Shown here in pieces: positions 45,459-58,879 of a stretch of DNA of 64,000 bases. The stretch is from the NCBI GenBank assembly GCA_951406725.2, contig OX597814.1, forward strand, positions 115,382,001 to 115,446,000. Reading direction: 5' to 3'. How positions within the stretch are numbered: the first letter of the stretch is position 1; the number at the start of each line of letters is the position of its first letter. The translations under genes were made by a program, and so were the position numbers. Under the pieces are notes generated by a model. The model ran no database searches and was not told the DNA's origin. It worked only from the letters and a program-made list of their open reading frames with translations. The stretch is from Octopus vulgaris. Lineage: Eukaryota.

Positions 45459-45996
45459 GGATCTTTAGCTTTTGACCGACAGGTTTAAAAAATAATTTTT
45501 TGTAACGAAACACTTTCAAACTTCGGACACTGGTAGAATGTGTAATATAAAACATCTTTTACTCTTAGCGTTTTTGGGAAAAGCTGTGTATTCAGCTGAA
45601 TAAAATTACTGCTGTTGTCTGTCAACAACATCTATCGGCGGTGTATATTTCGTTTGTCACCGTTATTTATGACAACCCTAACCCTAACCCTAAAACCTTA
45701 AAACTAAAACGTACGAACGATGTCATAAATAACAGTGACAAATGAAAAATACACCGCCGATAGATGTTGACAAACAACGGCAGTAATTTTATTCAGCTGA
45801 ATACACGTCATTGATTGGTTGAAATTACCGAAATACTACAACTTAAACGTGAAATAACTTCCTAAATATAAGCTTTTCTCAAAAACGCTAAGAGTAAAAG
45901 ATGTTTTATATAACACATTCTACCAGCGTCCGAAGTTTAAAAGTGTTTCGTTGCAAAAAATTATTTTTTAAATCTGTCGGTCAAAAGGTAAAGATC
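45459..45996. mobile_element. Mutator-like MITE with long TIRs and a central (CCCTAA)n
   Basis: TIRs GATCTTTA.. / ..TAAAGATC with arms over 200 bp; TSD TACGTCATA at 45450-45458 and 45997-46005. Confidence 0.8.
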
Positions 45997-47436
45997 TACG
46001 TCATATAAGGTGTCGTCCTTTTTGCTTTTCAGACTTTAGACGTTATGGTGCAGTTTGATGAAAATTTGGCTGCTGTTTCTAGCAGATCGACAGACCACGT
46101 AAATATTTCGTCTTCGTTGACTTTGCTGATTTCCTATGAGAACAGTCAATTCCGGCCTATGACAGGTTGGTAATGGACATTCTTGATTGGCTAAAATTTC
46201 ACAACCTTAAATACTTGTAACTTTATTTAATTTCTATGGGAAAATAATGCGATTTTCGTTATCAGTAAAACTACGTCTGAACTTTTTTGAAAATAATCAG
46301 GTGAAAATTTGAAAAACTTCAAGTGGCTGAATAAAATTTAACAGGATCCAATTTCAGTATAAGTCTACATCAAATTACCCTCTCCTCGCTTCTTTACATA
46401 TAACCATATAATTTAATGAACGACACACACACACGTAGTACCTCAAGACAAAGAAAATTATCAACAGATTTGAAGCCATGCGGAAAAAGAGTGGGTTTCC
46501 TCATGGTAGTTAAGTGAGTCCCAAATGTAATTAACCTTTTTATTTTCGTTCATTAAAATTTTAAATAACTGAATCGGATGATAGTTAATAACAAATATTC
46601 CTAAAGTTATGTAGGCCAGACGATAAAACAAACAATTCAAAATCATATTAACACCCCCCCCCCCCACACACACACACACACAGCTACAACCGTTACAAAA
46701 CTCAGTGAAAAAACTCACAATACACATATAATTTGCGAACAGCGTTACCGAACTTAACAAGTAAAACAAATTCTCGTAAATCAGCGAATGACATATAACA
46801 CACTTCATTATTAATTAGGCACAACAAAAACACACAAATAATACTTATAAAAATATACTTAAACTAGAAAACTATCTCAAAAGATTTTCATTCAAGGATG
46901 TCATGGCTTGATAAAGACGTCCCGTCGATTGTTCGCCCTGGTTCGTAAATCATCGACAGTTAAGTTACTGAAAATATGTATAATGAGGACACATCGCAGT
47001 TGGAGTGTGAATCTTTTTTTTAAAAAATGCAAGAATAACATTTTTCTGGTCTCCCTGTCATCCCTTTATAATGAGTTTCGAAAAGTAGCATCCTTCTATC
47101 TACTAACGTTTCGAGAACCAAATCACTTCGTCATCTGAATAAAAGGATACTACTCGCATAATGAATACTGAGAGATCTCATTCAATTGTCATTGCAGAAT
47201 TACTTAACAGTTAGTTCCTTGTAACCTTCAGAGTTTCTGCCGTATACACTCGCATACCAAGGATGATTACAGTCCAATCTGTAATATCTCTGGACATAAG
47301 GTGGATCTTTGTTCATGCGTTCATTTCTACAAACGGAATGGCACTAAAGTTAGACTAACGAATGTTGAACATCCATTAACCATGCGGTTGGGAAACAAGC
47401 TTCTTACCACACAGCCACGCCTGCACCATTTTACAT

Positions 47437-47750
47437 TTTTTTATTTATGCGCCCTTTTCAAGCCTAGCTAGGTTCATGGGCCCGGTTTCCCGGTTTCTGT
47501 GGCGTATGTGTTCCCCACAGCTGGACGGGACGCCAGTCCATCGCAGCGTTACTCAAGAAACAGGAAGAGAGAATGAGAGAAAGTTGGGGCGAAAGAGTAC
47601 AACAGGGGCCTTCACCAACCCCTGCCAGAGTCTCGTGGAGCTTTAGGTGTTTTCGCTCAATAAACTCACACAACGCCCGGACTGGGAATCGAAACCGCGA
47701 TCTTCCGACCGCGAATCCGCTGCCCTAACCACTGGGCCATTGCGCCTCCG
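47437..47750 (-). mobile_element. SINE family D copy
   Basis: Inverted homologue of 48012-48329. Confidence 0.8.
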
Positions 47751-48011
47751 ATATTCATATTCCTTTTTCATATATTCATTTAAGTTGTATATATTTATTT
47801 GCGATCTTTTTCTGACTAGTTTACGATCTTCATGCTCCTAACAGATGATGGTCGCTTGTCAGTATAATTTTTTCCTTCCTTTGATCTAATGCCTTTATAT
47901 TAAACTTCTTCCTCCCACTTTTGTTACCATATTTCTGTTGAAATGCATTCTCTTTGGGTCAATCAATTTTGAAAATAATGAAGAATTTAGTAAAAGGAAT
48001 TAGTCATTATT

Positions 48012-48329
48012 GGAAGCGCAATGGCCCAGTGGTTAGGTCAGCAGACTCGCGGTCGGAGGATCACGGTTTCGATTCCTAGATCGGGCGTTGTGTGAGTTTA
48101 TTAAGCGAAAACACCTAAAGCTCCACGAGGCTCCGGCAGGGGGTGGTGGCGACCCCTGTTGTACTCTTTCGCCCCAACTTTCTCTCGCTCTTTCTTCCTG
48201 TTTCTTGAGTAATGCTGCGATGGACTGGCGTCCCGTCCAACTGGGGGTGGGGAACACATACGCCACAGAAACCGGGAAACCGGGCCCATAAGCCTGGCTA
48301 GGCTTGAAAAGGGTGCATAAATAAATAAT
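48012..48329 (+). mobile_element. SINE family D copy
   Basis: A and B boxes present; 14-bp TSD AATTAGTCATTATT at 47998-48011 and 48330-48343. Confidence 0.85.
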
Positions 48330-48849
48330 AATTAGTCATTATTAAGTTGGTATCTAAAACGAATTAATATTTTGATGGAAAGAATAAACTTATCACTTTA
48401 AAACAGGAAATTAGTATCATAGAACTAGGGTCGGTCTCAGGTAGATTGGTATCAAAAGGGTTAAAGTGTATAATTATAATTTTAAAGTTAAAATTTTAAA
48501 TAATGTATTTATGATTTTATAACTGAGCCAGCATTATAGACCGTCTGACACTCCTGTCATTTCTCTTAATGATTCGAAAACTTCGCCTTGTTTTTCTTTG
48601 ATTTCTACTCCCACTTTGGTATAAACAACCACCACTCCCATAATCATTGAGTGTTGCAGTGTCTTCCGGTTTAATAGTTCACCAACTTCTCCATAGCAAT
48701 CACTCCATCCAAATAACTTGATTAAGAGTATGTAAACTGTATTGCAAGCATCTTTGCCTTTCTTGTGCAGTTTTATATGTGCAACTGAAAATGACAGTAT
48801 TTGAGGCTGTTGAACAGAAATACAAAATAAATTTCGAGTGTTAGATAAG

Positions 48850-51560
48850 CTGTGGAAAACCAGAGTGTGGATTAGCAATGTGAAAAGGTAGGTGACATTA
48901 TGAAAGACACTACACTGAAGGGAACATAAAGAAAATACATTTTAGGAAGCACTCAGGATGAAGAGCAGGAGGGAAATCCAAAAATGGAAGTAGGAAACAG
49001 ATGTAAATAGAAAAATTTAACCCACACAGAATTTAGCAAAAAATAAAAAGCAACAAAAGATATACAAAGAATATACAAATTTTTTTTTTTTTTTCAAGGG
49101 AAATCTCAACTTACTGCTATGAAGAACAATCAAGGATAAATCATGAATTATAAAGAAAGGTCATTCATAAAAGAGAAAAAAATATCATGATATATACTTT
49201 AGAAAGAAACATTTAAAGGTCACAGCAATTAATGTAGCTGATGAAGATGAAATACCAGGCAAATGAAATTATGAACTTAGGAGTTCATTAAAAGAAGTGA
49301 ATATCGGAGAAGCATCAAGTGAAGATGAACTGTTCATCGAATTCCTCAAATAAGGAAGAAAACCCTGCTTCTAAAACAACTTGAAAATTTCTTCATAAAG
49401 AATGAGACGTGTTAATTATTTACAATAGCAAACACTCAGCCATAGAACTATACTTTACCAATTATTCACAGTCTCTACAATTTCTCCAAATCAGAAATCT
49501 TATAAATCGGTTCTATATCGTCTCAGACATCAATTAAAAAGTGAAAACAAACAGCGTACACCAAAGGGTCCTCAACAACCGACCATTTGCAGGTCATTAA
49601 GTAGATTATTCAGGAAGGCAACCATTGTGCTTAGGCCTCATTAATTATGAGGAGGCATTTGTCAGAATTGAAATGTCAGCTCTTCTTCAATAGGGAATAT
49701 ACCAAATTTAGGGATTAGGTCGAAAATTTACAGTCAGGGAACATCCTCTGTAAACTCCACATTGAAAGTATGATCAATATTCTTTACTACTCTAAAGCAC
49801 AAGGCCTGAAAAAATTTTTGGTGAAGGGGACTAGTCGCCCAGTACGCAACTGGTACTTAATTTATCGACCCCGAAAGGGTGAAAGGCAAAGTCGAACTTG
49901 GCAGAATTTGAACTCAGAAACGTAAAGACAGTCGAAATACTGCTAAGCCACTCACCCGACGTGCCAACGCCTCTGCCAGCGCGCCGCCTTCTTGAATCTT
50001 TTCTACTTTAGGTACAAGGCCTGAAATTTTGGGGGAGGAGGCCAGCCGATTAAATCGACCCCAGTACGCAACTGGTACCTGATTTATCGACCCCAACAGG
50101 ATAAAAGGCAAAGTCGATCTCGGCGGAATTTAAACTCAGAACGTAGAGACAGACGAAATACCTATTTCTTTACTATCCACAAGGGGCTAAACACAGAGGG
50201 GACAAACAAGGACAGACAAACGGATTAAGTCGATTACATCGAACTCAGTGCGTAACTAGTACTTATTTAATCAACCCAGAAAGGATGAAAGGTAAAGTCA
50301 ATCTCGGCGGAATTTGAACTCAGAGCGTAACGGCAGACGAAATACCGCTAAGCATTTTCCCCGGTGTGCTAACATTTCTGCCAGCTCGCTTCCTTGAAAG
50401 TATACTCTTTACTCTTTTACTTGTTTCAGTCATTTTACTGCGGCCATGCTGGAGCACCGACTTTAGTCGAGCAAATCGACCCTAGGACTTGTTCTTTGTA
50501 AGCCTACTACTTATTCTATCGGTCTCTTTTGCCGAACTGCTAGGTTACGGGAACGTAAACACACCACCGTCGGTTGTCAAGCGATGTTGGGGGACAAACA
50601 GAGACACAAAACACACACACGCACATATATATATATACATATACATATATACTACGGGCTTCTTTCAGTTTCCGTCTACCAAATCCACTCACAAGGCTTT
50701 GGTCGACCCGAGGCTATAGTAGAAGACATTTGCCCGAGGTGCCACGCAGTGGGGCTGAACCAAGAACCATGTGGTTGGTAAGCAAGCTACTTACTACACA
50801 GCTACTCCTGCGCCTATGTTCAATATTTAACGAGGAGTAAGACAATGTGTTGTGATATTGATTTCAAATTTTGGCACATGGCCAGAAATTTCGAGAGAGG
50901 GAATAAGTCGATTGCATAGACCCTTCCACCAGTATTCAACTTACACTTACTTAATCGACCCTGAAAGGATTAAAGGCGAAATCGACCTAAGTGGGGTTTG
51001 AACTCAGGACGTAAAGGCGGACGAAATTCTACTTAGCATTTTGTTCAGTGCAGTAACGATTCTTCCAAGGCAGCGAGCTGGCAGAAACGTTAGCATACCG
51101 GGCGAAATGCGTAACCGTATTTCGTCTGCCGTTACATTCTGAGTTCAAATTCCGCCGAGGTCGACTTTGCCTTTCATCCTTCCGGGGTCGATAAATTAGG
51201 TACCAGTTTCGCACTGGGGTCGATATAATCGACTTATTCCGTTTGTCTGTCCTTGTTTGTCCTCTCTGTGTTTAGACCCTTGTGGGTAGTAAAGAAATAG
51301 GTAACGGTTCTTCCAGCTCGCCGCCTTTAATAAGGTGGTATAGTATTGCCTAAACATAGTATTGCCCTAGAACTCATCATTAAAGGGTTTCAGTGAAATT
51401 GAAAGGAGCAGATTCAAATAGTGAATCTTTAAATCAGTAACGCTTTGCTAATGAAATAATTCTCTCAATTGCTGTTCATGAACTGGAATAAATGTTAAAT
51501 GAAGTGTAGAGTGAGTGCAACGGAGTGGAAGTTACAAAAAAGATATCAAGGAAAACACAA
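48850..51560 (+). mobile_element. Old RTE-like LINE remnant broken up by SINE insertions
   Basis: Degenerate RT pieces (TTDHLQVI, LGLINYEEAF, VRQG, RFANEI resembling RFADDI) interleaved with SINEs at 49780-51330. Confidence 0.55.
50405..50815 (-). mobile_element. SINE family B, full-length
   Basis: Homologous to 59721-60122. Confidence 0.85.
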
Positions 51561-51584
51561 ATTATGATCAACACCCATATAATA

Positions 51585-52480
51585 ATTCTTTTTTCTACTC
51601 TAGGCACAAGGTCCGAAATTTTGGGGGAGGGCACTCGATTAGATCAACCCCAGTATACAACTGGTACTTAATTTATCGACCACGAAAGGATGAATGCATC
51701 GTCAACCTCGGCAGAATTTGAATTCAGAACGTAAAGACGAAATAAAATATTCTTTTCTACTCGAAGTACAAGACCCGAAATTTGGGGAGAGGAGGCTAGT
51801 CGATAAGATCGAACCAAGTACGCAAGTGGTACTTAATTTATCGACCTCGAAAGGATAAAAAGCAAAGTCGACCTCGGCGGAATTTGAACTCAGAACGTAA
51901 AGACGAAAGAGAATATTCTTTTCTACTCGAGGCACAAGGCCCGAAATTTGAGGCGAGAAGGCCAATCGATTAGATCAGACCCAAGTACGCAACTTGTACT
52001 TAATTTATCGACCTCGAAAGAATAAAAGGCAAAGTCGACCTCGGTGGAATTTGAACTCAGAACGTAAAGACGAAATAAAATATTCTTTTCTACTCAAGGC
52101 ACAAGGCCCGAAATTTGGGGGCAGGAAGCCAGTCGATTAGATCGACCCCAGTACGCAACTGGTACTTAATTTATCGACTCCGAAAGGATGAAAGCAAAGT
52201 CGACCTCGGCGGAATTTGAACTCAGAACGTACAGACAGACGAAATACTAAATTCTTTATTACCCACTAGGGGCTAAACACGGAGGGGACAAACAAGGACA
52301 GACAAACGGATTAAGTCGATTATATCGACCCCAGTGCGTAACTGGTACTTATTTAATCGACACCGAAAGGATGAAAGGCAAAGTCGACCTCGGCGGAATT
52401 TGAACTCAGAACGTAGCGGCAGACGAAATACCGCTAAGCATTTCGCCCGGCGTGTTAACGTTTCTGTCAGCTCGCCGCAT
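51585..52480 (-). repeat. Tandem array of SINE family A units (period about 167 bp)
   Basis: TTCTTTTCTACTC..CACAAG unit starts near 51587, 51750, 51916 and 52083, followed by a head-bearing unit. Confidence 0.85.
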
Positions 52481-52714
52481 TAGCCCATATGATAAGTTAA
52501 ATCATTCATGTGAACCAATCAAATATGTGCTCACACAAACACTCACACACAGACACACGCACGCACGCACGCACACACACACACACTTATGCATTTGTTT
52601 TGTTTGTGGGTAAGCAAGGGTAATAATGGTTTCATGTAAATAGATCTTCACAAATGTTCAAGCGTAGTCACAAGAAAATGTTGGTACTCGAATCTATTTA
52701 GGAAGAGACTGCAA

Positions 52715-52764
<50 letters not shown>

Positions 52765-52998
52765 CACGTGTGTGCGTGCGCGCGACTGTGTGTGTGTTTG
52801 TGCGCGCGTATGTGTATGTGTGTAGATTGATAGATAGATAATAGATATACATATATATATATGATGCATATATATATGTGTATGTATATATTTATGTGTG
52901 TACATATATATATATATATATACACACACACAACCACATTTCCTATTCTTTATTTCTATGTTGTATGTGTGTGTGTATTGATAGCTAGGTAGCTAGAT

Positions 52999-53091
<93 letters not shown>

Positions 53092-53476
53092 GGATGGATA
53101 GATAGATAGATGGATGGATAGATAGATGGATAGATAGATGGATGGATGGATGGATTGATGGATGGATAGATAGACATATATATGATGCATATATATATTT
53201 GTATATTTGTGTGTGTATATATGTGCGTGTGTATATTTATGTGTTTGCACGTATATATATATGTATATATATGACGCTTGGAGGGACTCTTAAAATCGAA
53301 AACTATCGTTTATTGTGGTAGTTTTGACTTTAAGAGTCCCTCCAAGCATGGGGCATTTATGTATAGTAATGCCTTTAATATAAATAAATATATCTAAAGT
53401 GAATAAATTTTTCCCTTATGAGTTTTTCACGCTAACTACTTGATAATTTCTTATAAAGATTTTATCCTATTTTTAA

Positions 53477-53522
<46 letters not shown>

Positions 53523-53525
<3 letters not shown>

Positions 53526-53728
53526 GGTGTCCCAGAAGTCGCGCACCATTCTGGTTTTCCTTTAAAATAATTAAAGCATTTTATTTTATTATATTTTTTC
53601 GGCATGTTTTATTTTAGAGGATGCTCAATTTGAGCATTTGTTATGAATTAATTTCAATAACGTGTTTTTGAAATCAATAAGGATTTATTCTTTTAAAAAA
53701 CAGGGTGGTGCGCAATTTCTGGGACACC

Positions 53729-53731
<3 letters not shown>
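53523..53731. mobile_element. Tc1/mariner MITE in (TA)n
   Basis: TIRs CAGGGTGTCCCAGAA..GCGCACCA / TGGTGCGC..TTCTGGGACACCCTG. Confidence 0.88.
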
Positions 53732-53779
<48 letters not shown>

Positions 53780-54367
53780 CACACACATCTGTCCCGTTTC
53801 ATATTCTTTATTTCTATGTTGTATGTTTATGCATAAAAGTATTGTTGTGGGTTGGCGTTAACCAAACTGTTAGTCGGCAGTGAAATTCGCTACATGTCAC
53901 GTTCTGATTTATGAGATTTTTTTTTTTTCTTTTTGTCATTTAACTAAAATTTCTCTTATGAACTACATGTGTGTTTTGAGTGGTTTTACTGGTAACACTT
54001 AGGATATCAAAAATCATAGAAAAGAACCTGAGGACAATATGAAGAACTATGGAAAGACACATGTGAGGAATTTAATCGAAAGTACAAACTTATCAATGAG
54101 CAAACGAACGTTACATAACGTCAAGGAAAAGTATTAAGAAAAGAGTTTTTTTCATGGCATATGGCATGAACAAAGGATTATCATCTACCTACATTTTAGT
54201 GGACAAAATTACGGTTGAAAGTATCAAGAAAACTACGAATGAGGACGACGATGGTGAGTAGAATTTAACGTAGAATTTTTGTGTTATGAACTTAGGTCTT
54301 CTCTTATCGCATTTTGTTTAGTATAGGCTGTTATGTGGACTGTATTATTATACCGCTAAAACTATAA

Positions 54368-55040
54368 TTCTTTTCTACTCTAGGCACAAGGCCCGAAATT
54401 TTGGGGCCAGTCGATTGGATCGACCCAGTACGCTACTGGTACTTAATTTATCGACCCTGGAAAGATAAAAGGCAAAGTCAACCTCGGCGGAATTTTAACA
54501 TAAAGATGGACGAAACACTGCTAAGCATTTCGCCCGGCATGCTAACGTTTCTTGTTTATTTATTGCCCACAAGGGGCTAAACACAGAGGGGACAAACAAA
54601 GACAGACAAAGGGATTAAGTTGATTAGATCGATCTCAGCTCGTAACTGGTACTTAATTAATCGACCCCGAAAGCGTGAAAGGCAAAGTCGACCTCGGCGG
54701 TATTTGAACTCAGAACATAAAGACGGACGAAGCACTGCTAAGCATTTCGCCCGGCGTGCTAACGATTTTCCCAGCTCGCCGCCTTGCTGAAATTATTATA
54801 ATTGAAAGTTGCCTTAACGCATTCATATTGCAATATTAAATGCCACATGACGGCGAGCTGGCAGAAACGTTAGCACGCCGGGCGAAATGCTTAGCAGCAT
54901 TTCATCTGTCTTTGCGTTGAGTTCAAATTCCGCCGAGATCGACTTTGCCTTTCATCCTTTCGGGGTCGATAAATTAAGTACCAGTTGTATACTGAAGTCG
55001 ATCTAATCTACTGGCCCCCTCCCCCAAAATTTCGGGCCTT
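54368..55040. mobile_element. Two divergent SINE family A copies (54368-54785 minus; 54851-55040 plus)
   Basis: Head, B-box and core motifs present in both. Confidence 0.8.
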
Positions 55041-55643
55041 GTGCCTAGAGTAGAAAGGAATAAATGAGAACGACAAAGTGGAGAGTGTGGACGATAATGA
55101 CACCAAATACAATTCAACGTAGGAGAATTGCATTATTAACTAAGGTTTTCCAATCTAGTTTTGTTCGGTGAACAGTGTTATGATATGGAATATATTATAA
55201 AGTTAAAATTGCAAAAATGAAAAGCATCCAAAGGTATTTGTATGATATATTATGAACAAAAACGAATGCATATAAAAAAAAAGATCAAACAACTTCCTCA
55301 ACATTATCGAAGACGACATTGAAAATGTAAAGAAATCAATTAACATTTCTACAATCGAAATTTTTTAAAATCTTTCTATCAATGTTATAAAAATGATGAC
55401 TAGAGACATAATCTGAGATAAAGTGAATGCACACGCTCCAATAAAATCGTGTTATATAACTAGGAACATACTGGAAGATGCTCAACAAGTTTGTGTGAGG
55501 TTGCACAATCGAGGTTCCTTTTCCCTTTCCTTAAAACTTTTATAATTTGCACACCTACCGTGACTGTGGGTTCTCCATTAGAACTCATATTGGCTCCGTT
55601 CGAAATGGCTAAAATCATTTAAGTAGTGCTTAAATATAAAAAA

Positions 55644-56824
55644 CTAGCATTATGACCCGTCGTTGCCGGGTCATAGTGCTAGTGCATGTATATATATATG
55701 TGTACATATTACATGTACATCTATATATATATACATCTACACATAAAATACAAAATACAAAGTTATATCTTGATATCGCTAGTGATAACAATACTCAAAA
55801 TATATAACAGACTGGAATTGCAAGCCCGTCTCTTGCAATTTCGATCAATTGTATCTTGTCCTCCCTCTTGTATAGAAACGTGGCTACAATCCAGCCTACC
55901 TCTACTGCTGGGGGGGGGGGCATTTTTAATTTTTATCCGCGGCGTCCTACGTCCCAGATATAAAGGTAAAAATAAAATATTTCCACTTTGCAAGTTCGAG
56001 TCGAGTACTCCCTTGCACGCTCCGTTGACTCGAACCTTGCTTCTATTGTGGCGAATTTACCGCCTCTGGTTAGATATCTTTCATAGTCGCACCAAGATAC
56101 TTTTCGATGGTACTTTCCTCCAGGTGTTCAAATCTTTTTTCTCTACATTGTATACTTTATAGACAATAGTCTTTTCTTTAATTTAATTTTTTATTATCCA
56201 TCTGGACTATTCCATTTCTGCACGCTAATTTTATTTTTAATTTATTCCCATTGATGTGAACCCACTTATTCAAGTTCAAGTCATTGATGCAATTTTATAC
56301 CAATTGCTATTTTTACTTTAGTTGTTACGATTTAATTATTATACTTTAGTTTGATTTTAATTATTACTTACTACATATAATTCAATTGTCATTATTATCT
56401 CTAATTTTTATTGTTAAAGTGAAAGTATCTGACATAAAATAGAGAAATGTTTTTGTTTCACTTTTAACATGTAATACTGAAATAGTGGAGAAGATATGAT
56501 ATTGCTATAGGCTCGCCCTAAGCAAGAAGTTGAACATTTTTTTGCCCATGAAACTACATGGACCCTAAGTAAAACATGTGTAAAATTTGAATGAAATTGG
56601 TTGTGTAGTTCTCAAATTTTAGGGAATCATAGTGGAGAAGATATGATATTGCTGTGGGCTCGCCCTGGGCAAAAAGTTTTTTTTGCCGATGACACTCCCC
56701 GGCCCCTAAGTAAGGCATGTGTAAAATTTGAATGAAATCGGTTGTGTAGTTCTCATGTTTTAGGGAAACACACAGACAGACAGACACACACACACACACA
56801 TTCTCAGTTTTATATATATATAGA
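55644..56824 (-). mobile_element. Non-autonomous Helitron
   Basis: 5' end A|TCTATATATA.., 3' GC-rich hairpin plus CTAG|T, no TSD; internal tandem duplication of about 148 bp (56480-56765). Confidence 0.75.
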
Positions 56825-57046
56825 TATCATATGCAACAGGTATGATAAAGTCATATTCATCGTGTCGTGTATGACAGAACAAATAACTAGATTTTTAAAT
56901 TGCCAAAAGATATCCATGTGTGAATTTACATAGCAACATGGTTCTGGGATGACTTCAAGCAAAACTACCAAAATAGATATAAATGTAAGATATAAGGGAC
57001 GATATACACACCACCTCACTATAAACAAAAGAACACCAACAAATAC

Positions 57047-57281
57047 TTATTTCTTTATTACCCACAAGGGGCTAAACACAGAGGGGACAAACAAGGACAG
57101 ACATAGGTATTAAGTCGATTACATCGACCCCCAGTGCGTAACTGGTACTTAATTTATCGACCCCGAAAGGATGAAAGGTAAAGTCGACCTCGGCGGAATT
57201 TGAACTCACAACGTAACGGCTGACGAAATACTGTTAAGCATTTCGCCCGACGTGCTAACGTTTCTGCTAGCTCGCCGCCTT
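57047..57281 (-). mobile_element. SINE family A with a 16-bp TSD
   Basis: GAACACCAACAAATAC at 57031-57046 and 57282-57297. Confidence 0.9.
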
Positions 57282-57770
57282 GAACACCAACAAATACCCA
57301 TCCATAGAGGGAGATAGTGAGTGTTTCTATAGTAATCAAGTCCCGCCGGAAACGACCTTTTAAATGCGTTAAGACTAAACAACATTTCAATAAGTAGAAT
57401 ATTACTTAATAACAGATTAAAATAGCAGACGATGGAATAATTCAGGATCAAATGGACACAGACAACTACAAACAACTCTCAATAAAATTACATAGAGTTC
57501 ATAAAAAGCACACATAGAGTTCATAAAAAAACGGAAACTTTAATTGAATAACAGAAAAAATAAATCAGAATACACACTTCACTACAAACTAGCAGTCTGA
57601 CAGGTACCAGGACAATATGTTCATTCATAAATATATCCAACGTGGAAATAAATAATTGAAGGTTATGAATGCATGTTTGGATACGTATATAATGTGTGCA
57701 CATGTCTGTCTGCTTTTGTGTGAGCTGAGTACATTTAATTTAAGTGCCCTACACAAAAACATGAAAAGCG

Positions 57771-57830
<60 letters not shown>

Positions 57831-57994
57831 TTATAAAAAGAATATAATTATCAGGAAGAGAATTATATTATCAATAATAATAAAGGGTAAAATTGTTTAA
57901 GTTTACTGAAAAATGGTCCTTTTATCATGCCGAATTCTACTTAGTGGAATTTTTAATTACTAGTTAATTAATTAATTTTACCCTTTATTATTAT

Positions 57995-58033
<39 letters not shown>

Positions 58034-58166
58034 AAAATAGAAGTGAGGTAGTACATATAAAAGAAAATATTAAAACAAATATAAAAATGTTGTGACATTT
58101 CTCTTTCTTGTTATAAAAAGTTATTTACTATTACGGATCATTTAAAGTAATGTAAAGTATTTTCTT

Positions 58167-58225
58167 ACCGTTGTTGAAATTAAGTGGAAATGAGTTTCAG
58201 AAATGGAGTATTTTGCCTTTTTATA
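58167..58225 (-). promoter_or_regulatory. Candidate TATA box, initiator and short non-coding first exon
   Basis: Minus strand: TATAAAAA (58225-58218), TCATTT about 34 nt downstream, then CG|GTAAGA donor. Confidence 0.25.
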
Positions 58226-58503
58226 CAGTATTTGCAGGTCAGTGATTCTCTGTCCCTTTCACTCTCTATTTCGTTCTCTCTCTCTCATTCTCTCTCTCTC
58301 CCTCCCTCCCTCTCCTTCTGTCTTTCTCTCTCTTACACTCTCTCACCCCACCTCCCTCCTTCACACAATATCTGTTGCTCTCTTTCTTTATTCCTCTATT
58401 TTTATCTCTTTACATAATTATACACTTGTATCAAACGGGTATAGATTATTCGAAGAATGTGTGTGTGTGTGTGTAATTACTGATAATTTTGCGTTTACAA
58501 TTC

Positions 58504-58559
<56 letters not shown>

Positions 58560-58879
58560 TTATGAATATTCACATCTCTTCATCTCCGTCTCCCTCTGTC
58601 TTCTTTCTGCGTGTCCCACGTATCTATTTTATCATAATTTCTATATTTCTTTAGGATCCCTTAATCTCCCTTCATCTATATCCCCCCATTTCAATATTTC
58701 TCCTATCATCGCTCAACAATGCCATTTATCGTATGTATAGAAATTGCTACTCATATCTGGAGGTTTCAACTGTTAGTATGTCTTGCATGATTAAAATATT
58801 TCAATGTCGCTGAGTCTACTTATTTCGTTTTGGGATTTGGTTTGCAAGATTCTCTATATGAGTTCGTGTGTTGAAGTAT

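Noticed and set aside
49234-49262. CTGATGA..GAAA
   Set aside because: No stems I-III; chance match inside an RTE remnant.
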